NCBI GenBank assembly: GCA_010356995.1
Contig: ML996692.1
Location: 817,933-881,932 of the forward strand
Direction of reading: 5' to 3'
Source of the DNA: Trichodelitschia bisporula
Taxonomy: Eukaryota
DNA: 64,000 bases
The notes under the pieces are model-generated. The model was not told the DNA's origin. It saw nothing but the letters and a program-made list of their open reading frames with translations, and made no database searches. Both the position numbers and the translations under genes were made by a program. Shown piece after piece: positions 52,937-64,000 of this stretch; the stretch's first letter is position 1; each line of letters starts with the position of its first letter.

Positions 52937-55641
52937 CTAACCAGTCCCCTTCTCCATATGTTCTAGCCGAATGCTCACGGCTCGCCTGTGGGCTTCCAGT
53001 TCCTCAACCTTGGCCAATTGCATAACGGCGCTGCCGATGTTCTTCAAGCCCTCGGGTGAGAGATTAGACGAGGTGATGTGCTTGACATATGATCCGAGAT
53101 TGACACCCGAGTACTGCTTCGCATAGCCATATGTGGCTATCAAGGTTAGATTTGCCCGTAAAGGAGGGGCAGAACTTACGCAAAGAATGATTTACGCCCG
53201 CTGAGTAGTCGCCCACGCTCTCCGGCGTCCACGGCCCCACAAACACACTGCCCGCATTCTGCACCAGCTCAACGATCTTCTCCGGCTCATGGACCTGCAG
53301 GATCAGATGCTCGGGCGCATACAGGTTGCTGTACTCCATCGCCTCCTTGATATCCTTGACGAGCAGCGTAACCGAGTGTGAAATCGCCCCACGAACGATA
53401 TCAACGCGCGGCAGCGCATTCGCCTGGCGATCGACCTCGTTCTCAATAGATTGTAACTGTTCCGCGGTCAAATCAACTGCGATAAGCACAACCTGCGAAT
53501 CGACGCCGTGCTCGGCCTGGGAGAGCAAATCACTGGCCACGAACGCCGGGTTAGCCGTCTTGTCCGCGATGACAAGCACCTCACTCGGGCCGGCCGGCAT
53601 GTCGATACTAACACCCGCACTGGTGTCGTTGGCCACAACCATCTTAGCCGCCGTCACGAACTGATTCCCTGGTCCCAGAATCTTGTCCACCTTACTGACG
53701 CTCTCAGTGCCGTACGCCATGGCTGCCACAGCCTGCGCGCCGCCCGCGAGCACGATGCTCTGCGCGCCGACTTTGTGCGCGACATAGACGATCTCCGGCG
53801 TAATACTGCCATCGGCGCGCGGCGGGCTGGCGATGACGATGGTCTTGCAGCCGGCGACCATGGCCGGCACGCCGAGCATGAGCGCCGTTGAGGGCAGCAC
53901 GGCGGTGCCGCCTGGGACGTAAAGCCCGACGCGCTCAATGGGGCGCGAGAAGCGCGAGCACACGACACCTGGCATCGTCTCAACGGTCAGGGGCTTGTCT
54001 GCCTGCGCGGCGTGGAAGCGGCGGATGTTCTCGAAGGAGGTATCGATCGCGGCGATAGTCTCCGGGGATAGGTTCATGAGCGCTTGTTGGAAGGGGGCCT
54101 TGAGGACGGGGGATGTCAGGCTGGTAGCCTTTTCAAACTTATGCGTGTATTCGAGGACGGCGGCGTCGCCGCGGGCGCGAATGTCGGCGATGATGGGGTT
54201 TACTATACCCATAATCTTCTCGCTGGAACGCTGTGAAGGGCGCTTCAGGGCCTCCTGAATGACAGAGTTTGGTTCGGTAGCGGTGTTGAAGCGCCGCATT
54301 TCAATGCGCCCATCAATGGTACCTGCCGGATCTGAACGAGCCTTGGGCACTGAGGCCGCCTCCTTAACTTCGTCCTGGGGAGCGGAGACAGATAATTTGG
54401 CAGCCCAGGGGCCCTTTGCGTCACCTTTTCTCCGCTTCACCTTCAAATTCTTTGCGTCAAGATTCTGCTCCACCTCCTCAAGCGTGACACCGGCGGCGAC
54501 ACACTTGGTGAGGGCAAAGTACAGCAAGTCGGCTGCCTCCCATGCGACGTCTTCCTTTGTGGTGGCCTCGCATAACTCATTCGCCTCCTCCATGATTTTG
54601 GCCTGAAGCAATTTGGGATCATTGTACAGTCGGGCAGTGTATGATCCTTCCGGGGCCGAGGCCTTCCGCTTCTGGAGTGTTTGCTGAAGGCGGGAGAGGC
54701 CGCTGTACTCTCCAAAGCAAGTCGCGGTGGAAAGGTGACAGAAACCTGACAGTGTGAGACTAGGCGACGCCCCAGGAGAAGTTGTTACCTTTGCCCTTCT
54801 GCCGTACAACAAACCTCACGCAGTCTTGGTCGCAGTCAAACCCAATCTTGATCAACTCTTGTGTATCTCCGCTCGTCGCTCCCTTGTACCAGAGGCCCCG
54901 CTTCCGACTTTGATATACGCCCGCGCCGGTCCGGAGACTTTCGGACACGCTCTTTTCGCTGCTGTACACCAACCCCAGCGCAATTCCCCTCTCATCCGTC
55001 ACCAGCGTCGGAAAGAGGCCGTCCACTCGGTCGCTCTCCACGTTCGCAATCAACAGCTTCGCGATATCGATGCGTTGAGGGTCCGCTTCAGGATTGACGG
55101 TCAGGCGCTCCGCCGAGATCACAGGCACGGCGCCAGAGTTCATGACCTTGAGAAGGTTCTCCTCTGTCGCCTTTGAGAGCGAAATGAAAACGGGTGGCCT
55201 TTCTCCTCCGTACTCCTTCAGCCACGCCTCAACGAGCTCAATGTCCGCCACGGCCTCGGCATATACGCCGACGGTGGTTCCGGCAACGGCATTGATAATA
55301 TCTTCTCTCGTTGACTCATCGGAGACTGTCACGGCGACTCTGTCCAAATCCAGATTCTTCACGCTTTTGAGTTGCTCCAGTTGTTGCAGAGTAACGAACA
55401 CCTTTACTGCACCGGCATCGAGCAGTGAGAGGACCTCCTCGACCGAGGGCACTGAGTGGACATCGATGTAGGTGTTGAACCGCGCAAATGTTTGTCGAAG
55501 AAAGGACAAGGCATCCTCAACTTGGTTTGCGCCGACTTTCGTGAAAACGCTACCGATGAAGGAGAGTTGCTGCAGGCTCAGACCTTGAGTGGAGGTTGCG
55601 TAAGTCGCGATGTCGACTTGCGGGAGTATGGTGGCCGACAT
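52937..55641 (-). CDS. HIS4: Trifunctional histidine biosynthesis protein (PR-AMP cyclohydrolase, PR-ATP pyrophosphatase, histidinol dehydrogenase)
   Basis: YQSRKRGLWYKGATSG, DCDQD, FCH; SYTARL, KIMEEA; GLYVPGGTA, IDMPAGPSE, SQAEHG, YAPEHL, GDYSAGVNHSL, EELEAHRRAV; two introns. Confidence 0.96.
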
Positions 55642-55708
55642 GATGCCTGGAAAGTTATTTGTATAATGGCCTCCTATTCAATGGCGACTGGAGAAAGGAG
55701 GTATGTAA

Positions 55709-55809
55709 TGAGTCGTAGGTTCACGTCGCGCGATATCGGATTCTAAAAGGCGGGGGCAATTTTCACCCCACTAACGCCAGTCATTCGAGTCCCTGCACTT
55801 GGCTGACTC
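55709..55809. promoter_or_regulatory. Two putative Gcn4/CpcA response elements upstream of HIS4
   Basis: TGAGTC at 55709-55714 and TGACTC at 55804-55809, within 170 bp of the HIS4 ATG. HIS4 is a classic general-control target. Confidence 0.6.
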
Positions 55810-56258
55810 CCCATGGCCCAGTGGCGGTCGATCGCCGTTCAGCCTTAGATCTATTCATAGTGCAGCCTTGCGACGAATCCTCTCCGTGGCCGGAGTAGGA
55901 AGAGTCGAAGCACATACTTCGTTTCTATGATCTTCAAATTGCTTAAGGTATCAAATCAACTTTATTATCAGACAAGCGGTGTTTAGATTGCTAGGAGAAG
56001 GGGTATCCTCAACCGCAACGTCCGAAATTTCTCATAGACTCTGGTCTCTCGAGAGCGTTTTGATATCAGCAACGCTCAGGAAGTACGATTCAATGAGCCG
56101 CGTAGTAATTTTCGATGCTTCTAATGCGCTTGGAGACTTCCATACGGGGTTCTGCAAGGTCGGTTCGGCCAATGTGATAGCTCCAAAATTCATGGTTGTT
56201 CACCTGCTGTTCCATCAGGCCGCAACCTGTAATCTCGTTTCCAGTGATCGGGGAGGGT

Positions 56259-57889
56259 TCAGTATTCAGGGAAGCCATCATCCACGTCCTTCTTCCAGGC
56301 CCGAAGGCCGCCAGTGATATCTCCTATCCACTTTATCCCTCCGTTATCAAATCCAAGCTCTTTGAACTTCTTAACTGCGATCTGCGAGTCGTTTCCTAGC
56401 CTACATATGACATAGACGGGCTCGTCCGGGTCTCGAACAATCAACTGTTGTAGCTGATGATGCAGCTTCTGTGTCTCCGAATCCTCGTTGGATTCACTTC
56501 CGGGAGTACCAGGGGCGGGCCAAGAGTTCAGGCATGAGAACGGAAGATTGAAGCTCCCATCAAGATGGCAGATATCGAACTGGACCCTTTCTCGTACGTC
56601 AATCAATACATGACCCTTGGTTTCCTTGTCTGCACTTCTGTTCCGTACCGCCGCGTAGTCTCGGGCAGGCATCCGCTCCCAAGTGCTGAGGAGGTTCACA
56701 GAATGAATCGCGCCGCAAAATTGAATGTAGTCTAGCGATCCGGAGGTGAACGACTCGGCTGTAACGGTCGCTTGCACGGAGCAGGTTGCGCACTTCGCTC
56801 TCCGGGAGCGAAGCCTGATAGACCTGAACTGAGGAGCGCTGTAGGCAGAGAATATGGTAAGGGATGGCGGCTCCGTAGGCGCCCATCCATCCGCGGCCTC
56901 CTTAGAGATCGGATCGGTTTTCGTGAGAACTTTGATCGCTTCCAGAGCTTGGAGGACGCCCATTAGTCCAACTACAGGCCCCAGGACACCGCCATCGCCG
57001 CAGGTCACAATGGAATCCGCCGGAGGAGGCCGAGGAAATACACACCTATAACAAGGGCCCCCTGTCGTATCGCCCGGTGGCCTTGGAGGATAGTTCAGCA
57101 CCATGAGCTGCCCTTCAGTTCGAAGCGCCGATGCAGTCACGAGAGGCTTTCCCAGCACGACACATGCATCTGAGACCAGATACCGGGTGGCCGGATTGTC
57201 GGAGCAGTCGATGACGAGGTCATAGTCGAGAAAAGTCTCCATGACATTCTCAGCCGATAAATGGGACTCATAAGTCCGGCAGCTCACCCAGGGATTGATT
57301 CTTGGAGCGAAATTAGCAGTCATTTCGTTTGACTAAATGACACGTACGACTTGATGCCCTCTGCGGCACTCAAAACCTTGGGCATCCCCACTCTCTCCGT
57401 TCCGTGCAGAATTTGGCGATGGAGATTCGAGTCCTCAACCACGTCTCCATCTACGAGCCCAAGAGTTCCCACTCCCGCACCCGCCAAGTATGCAGAAGCA
57501 GGACAACCCAAACCGCCCAGCCCAACGATCAGAACCCGCGATCTCTTGAGCTTCAGCTGTCCTTCAAGCCCCACCTCCCGCATGATCATCTGTCGACCGT
57601 ACCTCCGGTACTCTTCTTGGCTAAGTGGCCAGTGCTTCTTCTGCTTTGCCTCCGGCGAAACTGGCTGCGCCAGAGCGGCGAGCGTCTCGGTCCGCCATGC
57701 ATCTGGAAAGCCGCCGTCGATGGCAAGTTTAAGATCCTTCTCCGAGCTTGACAGCGGGCCGAGAGTCTCGTAGACTTGTGCCGAGGCTTCGGCGGTTTTA
57801 CGAGCTTCTGCTAGGTCGCCTTTCAGACGCCGGAGGCGCGCTTCGAGCAGTCTGATCTGCGTTTCAAGCGCCGGGATGCGGTCAGCCAT
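56259..57889 (-). CDS. UBA4: Adenylyltransferase/sulfurtransferase Uba4 (MOCS3/CnxF)
   Basis: [39 protein letters not shown], rhodanese CRLGND; one intron (about 57301-57347). Confidence 0.94.
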
Positions 57890-58129
57890 GAATATGGTTG
57901 CGATAACGGGAGCGCGAATTGCAAAAACGGATGCGGTTGTTTGCTGAGTCGGAGGCTGATCTCGCATCTGGCAAATGAAGAGCCAATTGACACGTGCCAT
58001 CCGAACCCTAACCATCCATCGAAATCCAGTCATTCGCCGCATCATTTCAATATCAGCCATCGTGCTGCTGACTCCTTACAAGAACAGTGTACGAGAAAAA
58101 ATTCATTACTACCAGTCAGGACTACCTGC

Positions 58130-60564
58130 TTAGAACGCAACCATGGACGCATAACCCTTCAACTCCCGCTCAAAGTTCCTATGGCAGGAGATTGCGTAGA
58201 AGAAGCGCGAACAGAAGTCTGCGCCTGCCTTGGCCACACTCACCACCTCCTTGAAGCCATCCGGGCTAACTTTACCTGCGGTCACGACTCCGTAGGACTC
58301 AACCGCCTCTTCACTCGCGTCTTCGCTAAAGGCCAAGCCAGTCACTGCAAAGGCTTCCTTGACTAGAGCGACTGCTCCACCCGTGGCGCCAATGGGCTTC
58401 AGATGACCGAACGCTTCACGAACCCAGTGCATCGCACGACCACTGCTGCGTAACGTCTGAATCGACTCCAGTGTACCGCCAGGCAGGAAAATTGCATCAA
58501 AAAGAACGCTTCGCATGCCCTCAAGGTGGTGATCAGGCTTGACGCCTTTGCCGGTATTCCTGTCTTCGCCAGCAGCGAAGATGGGAGACCTACGGGGCGC
58601 AATGGTGAACGGCAAGGCTTGGGCAGCGAGGAGTGCGGCCTTCATGCCATTGTACGCCACCGGATCGTAACCGTCTGCAATGATGATCGCCACACGACGA
58701 GTGGCAATTGTTGGGGTCTCCGCTGGCTTCTCCAACTGGCTAATGCCTCGTGTCTTCTTGCCATGGTTTGGCCTGCCAGCCTGTTGCGGGATGGGGCCCC
58801 CAACCATTGTCGCCACCTTTTGGGCAAGCGCCAGATCGATATCCGCCAGCCGCTCACACATTCTATCGTAGACCACATTGTCCTCACAGTGATCCAATTC
58901 GAATGAAAGTGCGGCAGCTACATGCTCCTTTTCAATCTCCGTGAGGGAGTTGTAGAAGAGCTGTTCATGTTAGTTTGTCCTCGAGCTAAAATGACGGAGC
59001 GGAACCGACCTGAGCCTGATTCCAGTGGTAGCCAAACTTCTTGCTCCGCAACCGAGCCTTAATTCCTGCTATCTTCGCCGGATAATCGATGTATGCACCT
59101 TCGGAAGGCTTCGCTGGCGGAACGGCGCCGAAGCGGTTGGGCCAGTAATTGGCCGGACCCTTTGTAATGGTGTGCCTGAGCTTACCGTCTCGGTTATGGT
59201 TCATGACGGGGCAGACAGGCCTATTGATCGGCAACTCCTGGAAGTTAACACCTAGACGACTGATTTGTGTGTCGAAGTAGCTAAAGTTGCGCCCCTGCAA
59301 CAATGGATCATCCGAAAACCCAATTCCGGGGACGACGTGTGATGTGCAAAATGCAATTTGCTCAACCTCCGGGAAATATTCGTCAGGGTTGCGATTCAGC
59401 TCGAGCTCACCAATCCAGCGGATCGGAATCTCATCTTCCGGCCAAATCTTCGTGGCATCGAGGATGTCAAAGTCGGGGAAGTCGTGTTCCCTCGACTCGG
59501 GAAGAACCTTCATATGGGATTAGTATATGATGTGCATCACTGGAAAATAACTGACCTGGATCCCGAACCTCCATTTCGGGTAGGCACCGTTCTCGATAGA
59601 CATAAACAGGTCCTTCCGATGGAAGTCCGGATCAGCACCGTTGATCTTGATTGCTTCATCCCAAACAAGCGAGTGTACCCCGAGGGTCGGCTTCCAGTGG
59701 AACTTGACAAAAGACCTCTCGCCCTTTTCGTTGATAAGTGTGAAAGTGTTGACGCCGAAGCCCTCCATCATTCTGTAGCTGCGAGGAATGGCACGATCGC
59801 TCATGGCCCAGAGGAACATGTGAGTGGCTTCTGGCGCCATATACATAAAATCCCAGAAATTGTTGTGCGCAGACTGCGCTTGAGGGATCTCATTCTGGGG
59901 TTCAGGTTTTGCTGCATGAATAACGTCGGGAAATTTGATCGCGTCCTGAATGAAGAAAACAGGGATATTATTCCCCACGAGGTCCCAGTTTCCTTCTTCG
60001 GTGTAGAACTTGACAGCGAAGCCACGGACGTCGCGGACAGTGTCCGGACTGCCCCGGCTACCCAGGACTGTCGAGAATCGGACGAAGACGGGCGTGCTGC
60101 GGCTCGCTGTGGAATTAGAGTAAGTATGAAATGAGGTAATGCAGAACGTTGAGCTTACTGTCGGTGAGTACACCCGCTGAGGTGACATCGGCGGCGCTCT
60201 CGAGGAGCTTGAAAGTGCCGAAGGCACCAGCACCCCGAGCATGAACTACTCGTTCTGGGATACGTTCGTGGTCGAAGCGCATGATCTATAGCCGTCAGTA
60301 AGGCCACATGTTGCGTGATACCACTTTTACCTTCTCACGGCCATGCGCGTCTTCCAAGAGCGCAGGACCAACGTGGTCCTCGCTCGCCACCTTCAACCAC
60401 TCATCAGTGTTGGACTGTTTCACACCATAGTCTGTTGTGATGCGCCAGTCCGGATGGGTGTTGTCCTTGGTACATGCGCTCAGCTGCGCAACCTTTGCGC
60501 CGTGCTCCGTCTTGTCAAGAGCCCGCGAGGCCTTCTCGAGGCTGTTCGACAGAAGAGAAGTCAT
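58130..60564 (-). CDS. catA: Large-subunit catalase (CatA type) with C-terminal DJ-1/PfpI-like domain
   Basis: [58 protein letters not shown]; no signal peptide; several short introns. Confidence 0.92.
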
Positions 60565-60693
60565 TGCAGAATCGTCAATAGGTCAGAGGAAGAGGAGAAG
60601 GTGAAGATGAAGACGTATTGCAAGTATCGATATTTGGATACGGTGAGCTGCATTTAAATCAAGCGGGGCGGCTGCTTCCTCCTTGCACAGCAG

Positions 60694-61088
60694 TGACGTA
60701 TGCGGAGCTTGCGCCTTGCTTCCTGCCTCTCTTGACCTGCTGGGACCGGGACATGGCGGGTGAATCGAGCGGGGCACTACGCGAACTCCCTGCCGCTCTG
60801 TCGCACCAGTGGTCAGTAACATGGGCATCTGCCATTGCCCTTCACGGACCGGGCCTTCTGTTGAGCTTCGGCAGCGTGCCAATCCTGGATACCAGGAGCT
60901 CAAAAACTGGATTACTGGGCTTGCTTCCATGTGCTAACCAGATCTAAAATCGGCGTACGATCGAAATATCAGAGCTTAGCCTTGCTATCGGGGTCTATTC
61001 CGCCTTGAATTGTTTCGAATTAGCACGAATTGACGTTCTGGCTTGCGCATGCCCACGCAGTTACGTAGTTATATCCGAACTGACGTCA
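60694..61088. promoter_or_regulatory. Cluster of CRE/ATF-type sites upstream of catA
   Basis: Perfect TGACGTCA at 61081-61088; TGACGTA at 60694, TGACGTT at 61031, TTACGTAG at 61061. Confidence 0.6.
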
Positions 61089-63403
61089 AGTCGATGGACC
61101 ATCGTTGGAGCTAAACCGCTTTTGGACTTTCAGCGCATTTGAGACCTAAGGCTCACAACGCGTCAATCTCTGGAAGTACCGTATGTTAGCATTGTAATGT
61201 ATTGGGAACTTTCTTGACTGGAAGCATATTGAAGCGATCATAGGGAGGAGAGAAACTCCGCTTAGCTTTGATAGAACTGATCCGCGAGTGCGAGAGCCGA
61301 AGAAGCCATTAGCACCGTATGCTCGGCTACGGGTACATCTCTTCAGTGAATCGGCACTAGGGTACGAAGTGCAACCTGCCTTTACCCCTTCATATGCAGC
61401 ACATTACCAGTACCTGTCGACCGTCGCACATTGAACCACTGACAAATCTCATATCTCCATCTCGTCTCACGGCCCCCAGATCTACGCTCCTCCACCCTAG
61501 ATACCGCCAGCATGCCTATCCAACCCGGAGCCAACTGTGCACCACGGCAGTGGTGAGGCCTCCCTCGGGCATCATCGCAAAAGTCCGTAGCATGCACGCC
61601 GCAAATACTCCCTATGCAATGCAAGCTGCGATGCCTGTGACAGACGCACTTGCCACCAACGACTCTTCCTTCCCGGACGTCTCACAACCCCACTGCCGCC
61701 AAACGGAGCATCTCCAGACACACCTCGTTGGCGGAGAAGATCTTGTGGCGCGGCACGGTGCGATGCGGCACGGCTGTTCGTGCGCCTCGAGCTCATGGCA
61801 TTGGCTCACCATCCCTGGCTAGCGGTTTGCCCGTTCGCCAACGCCCAGCTTGCCCTGCGGGGTGCCCCACATCACATGTCTCTATAATGATAAAGTGTTT
61901 TATCAGCGATCCGGATAACATATTATTTCTACTGCGTAGTACTCCAACTCCAGTATCATGGCTGGTTCGAGACCTCGGATGTCCGCTCAACTACACGCGG
62001 AATGCGTTCACCGGCACCCGCTCACCCGTACTCCGCCTCGCATGCGGCCCGTTCCCGAGCCGAGCCCTCGCCCAGATCATCCACCCACAAGCGATGATCT
62101 TGTCCAGACCCAACGGCCAAGGATAGGAAAGGCGCATCCAAACCCCATCTTGAGACTCCTGCACCTACTATTTTCTCCCCACACTGATATTCATCTCTCA
62201 CCGGACACCGATCCCCGCGTTCCCCGCCCGAGCGCATGTATCTGGGGTTAGGTCCGGGGAAGCGGGGAATGGAGTCTTCTGCAGCCGTCCTGAATGCAAG
62301 CTCCACAGGACACATGCACTAACAGTCTTGACAATCCTCACCGGCCAGAGCAGCTGCAGAGACGAAGAGATGCAGAGGGGCGCGCAACACAGGCAGCAAA
62401 AGGAACGCCTCAAAGGGATAAACTTTAGCCAATATACAGGCCTAACGCCTTCCCTAAGAATCCGATGCAGAAAAAGCGGGGTTGCAGCGTGGGGGTGCTC
62501 AGAGGACGCGCCGCCCGGCGACGCTGTACGTTGGTACGGTAACACTGCGAAGGTGCTGAAAGCACTAAGGGATGGGTCTCAGGCTGGACGGGCGCAGCTG
62601 TGATGGGGTCAACGTGACTGCAATGCACCCCCATTGAAACACCGGGCGTCAGGTCTTACAGCCCAAGATCTAACAAAGACTTCGCCCAGCAAACTGTACC
62701 TCTGTCTCAAGTGCGCCATGCCCTTGGCGAATCTTAGCTACAAAGGTTGTTGCTCCACCAAGGCACACCCGCCGGGGTCTCCGGCGCTTCTGGACGGCTT
62801 CACGATCTTTATCATATCTTGCCAAGTAATTAGCTGCGGCTTCATTAGCCCTGGAGCCACTTCTTCAGAATCAAATCTGCGGGAATACTTAGGTATCCGT
62901 GACCGAACATCGCATAAGCCATGATGGATTAACACGTGTGGCTTCTTTTATCGACGTTCACAAATGCAGCAACACTATGGCGGTAGTATAGGTAAGAACT
63001 TGTACTTTTGCGGCTATTAAGCATGTTGGATATAGAACCCCGAATGATAAGCACGCTCGCAAAAGAGAAAGGCTATTGTGTGCGACCGGTGCACTAGAAC
63101 CGCCAAGCAGACCCCCCGAGGCCGTGAAACCAGCTGTGACCACAGCCTCACTCCAAAACCCGACGGCAAAGAATAGATGTCATCCGAATTGACCATGAAA
63201 ACTGCAAAGGCAACCGGAAGAAACGCGGATGAAAGTGCTGTCACCGTCCCCTTATCAGACAGTTAGAAAGCGGAACCTCCCCAGTAAGGGATTCCTCCTC
63301 CGAGCATGAGCGACGACGGTTGATGGAGCTGTCATTGCCAAGTGATGTCAGCGACACCATGCCAAGCTGCGTGACGGTGCGCCGATATCCCAAGTAGGCA
63401 CCC

Positions 63404-63814
63404 TCATTCCTGCTCGATGTCGACGTAGTCCGAAGTGCCCCTGTCCCCGCCGTTGTGGACTGGGTTGAGCACCAGGAAGCGGCGGCGGAACAAGGCGCTG
63501 CCGGAGCTGGCAGTGCTGCTGGAGCGCCTGTCCTTGATGATCTTGTCCTCAGGACCGGCGGGGGTGCTGAGATCAACGGCACAGGGCTCACCGCTGAGCA
63601 GTGCAGTCGAGAGCGCCGATGTGAGCGGGCTGCCGGCGGCAGCGGTGACGGAGGGGGAACCCTTCTGCGTGGGGTAACCTGCCGACAGCACCGGAGCCAG
63701 GCTGAGGAAGATGGAGTCGCGACGGTGAGTCGGCTTCTGCTGAGGGGTGGGGATGGCGAGAAGCGAGGGGGAGTCAGCAGCAGCCTGCGTGGTCTTATCG
63801 GCGGAAGAAGTCAT
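63404..63814 (-). CDS. Small Ser-rich uncharacterized protein with PKA-type sites
   Basis: 136-aa ORF with good ATG context and coding-like codon use. RRDS, RRSSS, and C-terminal RRFLVLNPVHNGG resembling a motif I recall from small conserved ascomycete proteins. Confidence 0.65.
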   Translation of the reverse strand: MTSSADKTTQAAADSPSLLAIPTPQQKPTHRRDSIFLSLAPVLSAGYPTQKGSPSVTAAAGSPLTSALSTALLSGEPCAVDLSTPAGPEDKIIKDRRSSSTASSGSALFRRRFLVLNPVHNGGDRGTSDYVDIEQE

Positions 63815-64000
63815 TCTGGTGAGGAGAGGGGGTGAGTGTAACGCTGAGAGTGGAATTTGATGTGAAACTGAGAGGTGGTGGACGGTTGACAGAAGAGGGC
63901 GAGGTTGTTGTTATTGTTGTTGGAGAAAGATGGAGAGCGCTGATGAAGTGCGGAGGTTCGTTGGCGAAAGAAGGCAGCAGCAGAGGGTCGCGCCTGCTTT

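Noticed and set aside
61958..61985. GGTTCGAGACC resembling a tRNA T-loop
   Set aside because: No complete T-stem, D-arm or acceptor stem; I found no convincing tRNA, rRNA or snRNA in the window.

Overview
Gene-dense DNA from a filamentous ascomycete (Pezizomycotina) draft assembly, with two N gaps and short GT-AG introns (mostly 43-55 nt, CTRAY branch sites). Left to right: a Kin4/KfsA-type kinase (partial); a formate oxidase-family GMC flavoprotein head-to-head with an apparently decaying small-subunit catalase; a coilin-like protein; a ~6 kb gene-free tract with gene fragments (a cystathionine beta-synthase piece, a zinc-finger relic) and a hairpin/GAGTC-rich element; a fungal AAA+ ATPase; a secreted PHM/DBH-like putative copper enzyme; a hybrid histidine kinase; D-lactate dehydrogenase; a NACHT/ankyrin NLR-like protein; a single-pass membrane protein; a housekeeping block (LSM4, La, NAM9, GCP6, GCN5, 9-1-1 Rad1, HIS4, UBA4); a large-subunit catalase with CRE sites upstream; and a small Ser-rich protein. 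The best candidates for undescribed biology are the formate oxidase-catalase module, the secreted copper-monooxygenase-like protein, and the coilin-like gene. Family calls come from my recognition of motifs and hand-spliced gene models. No database search was run.
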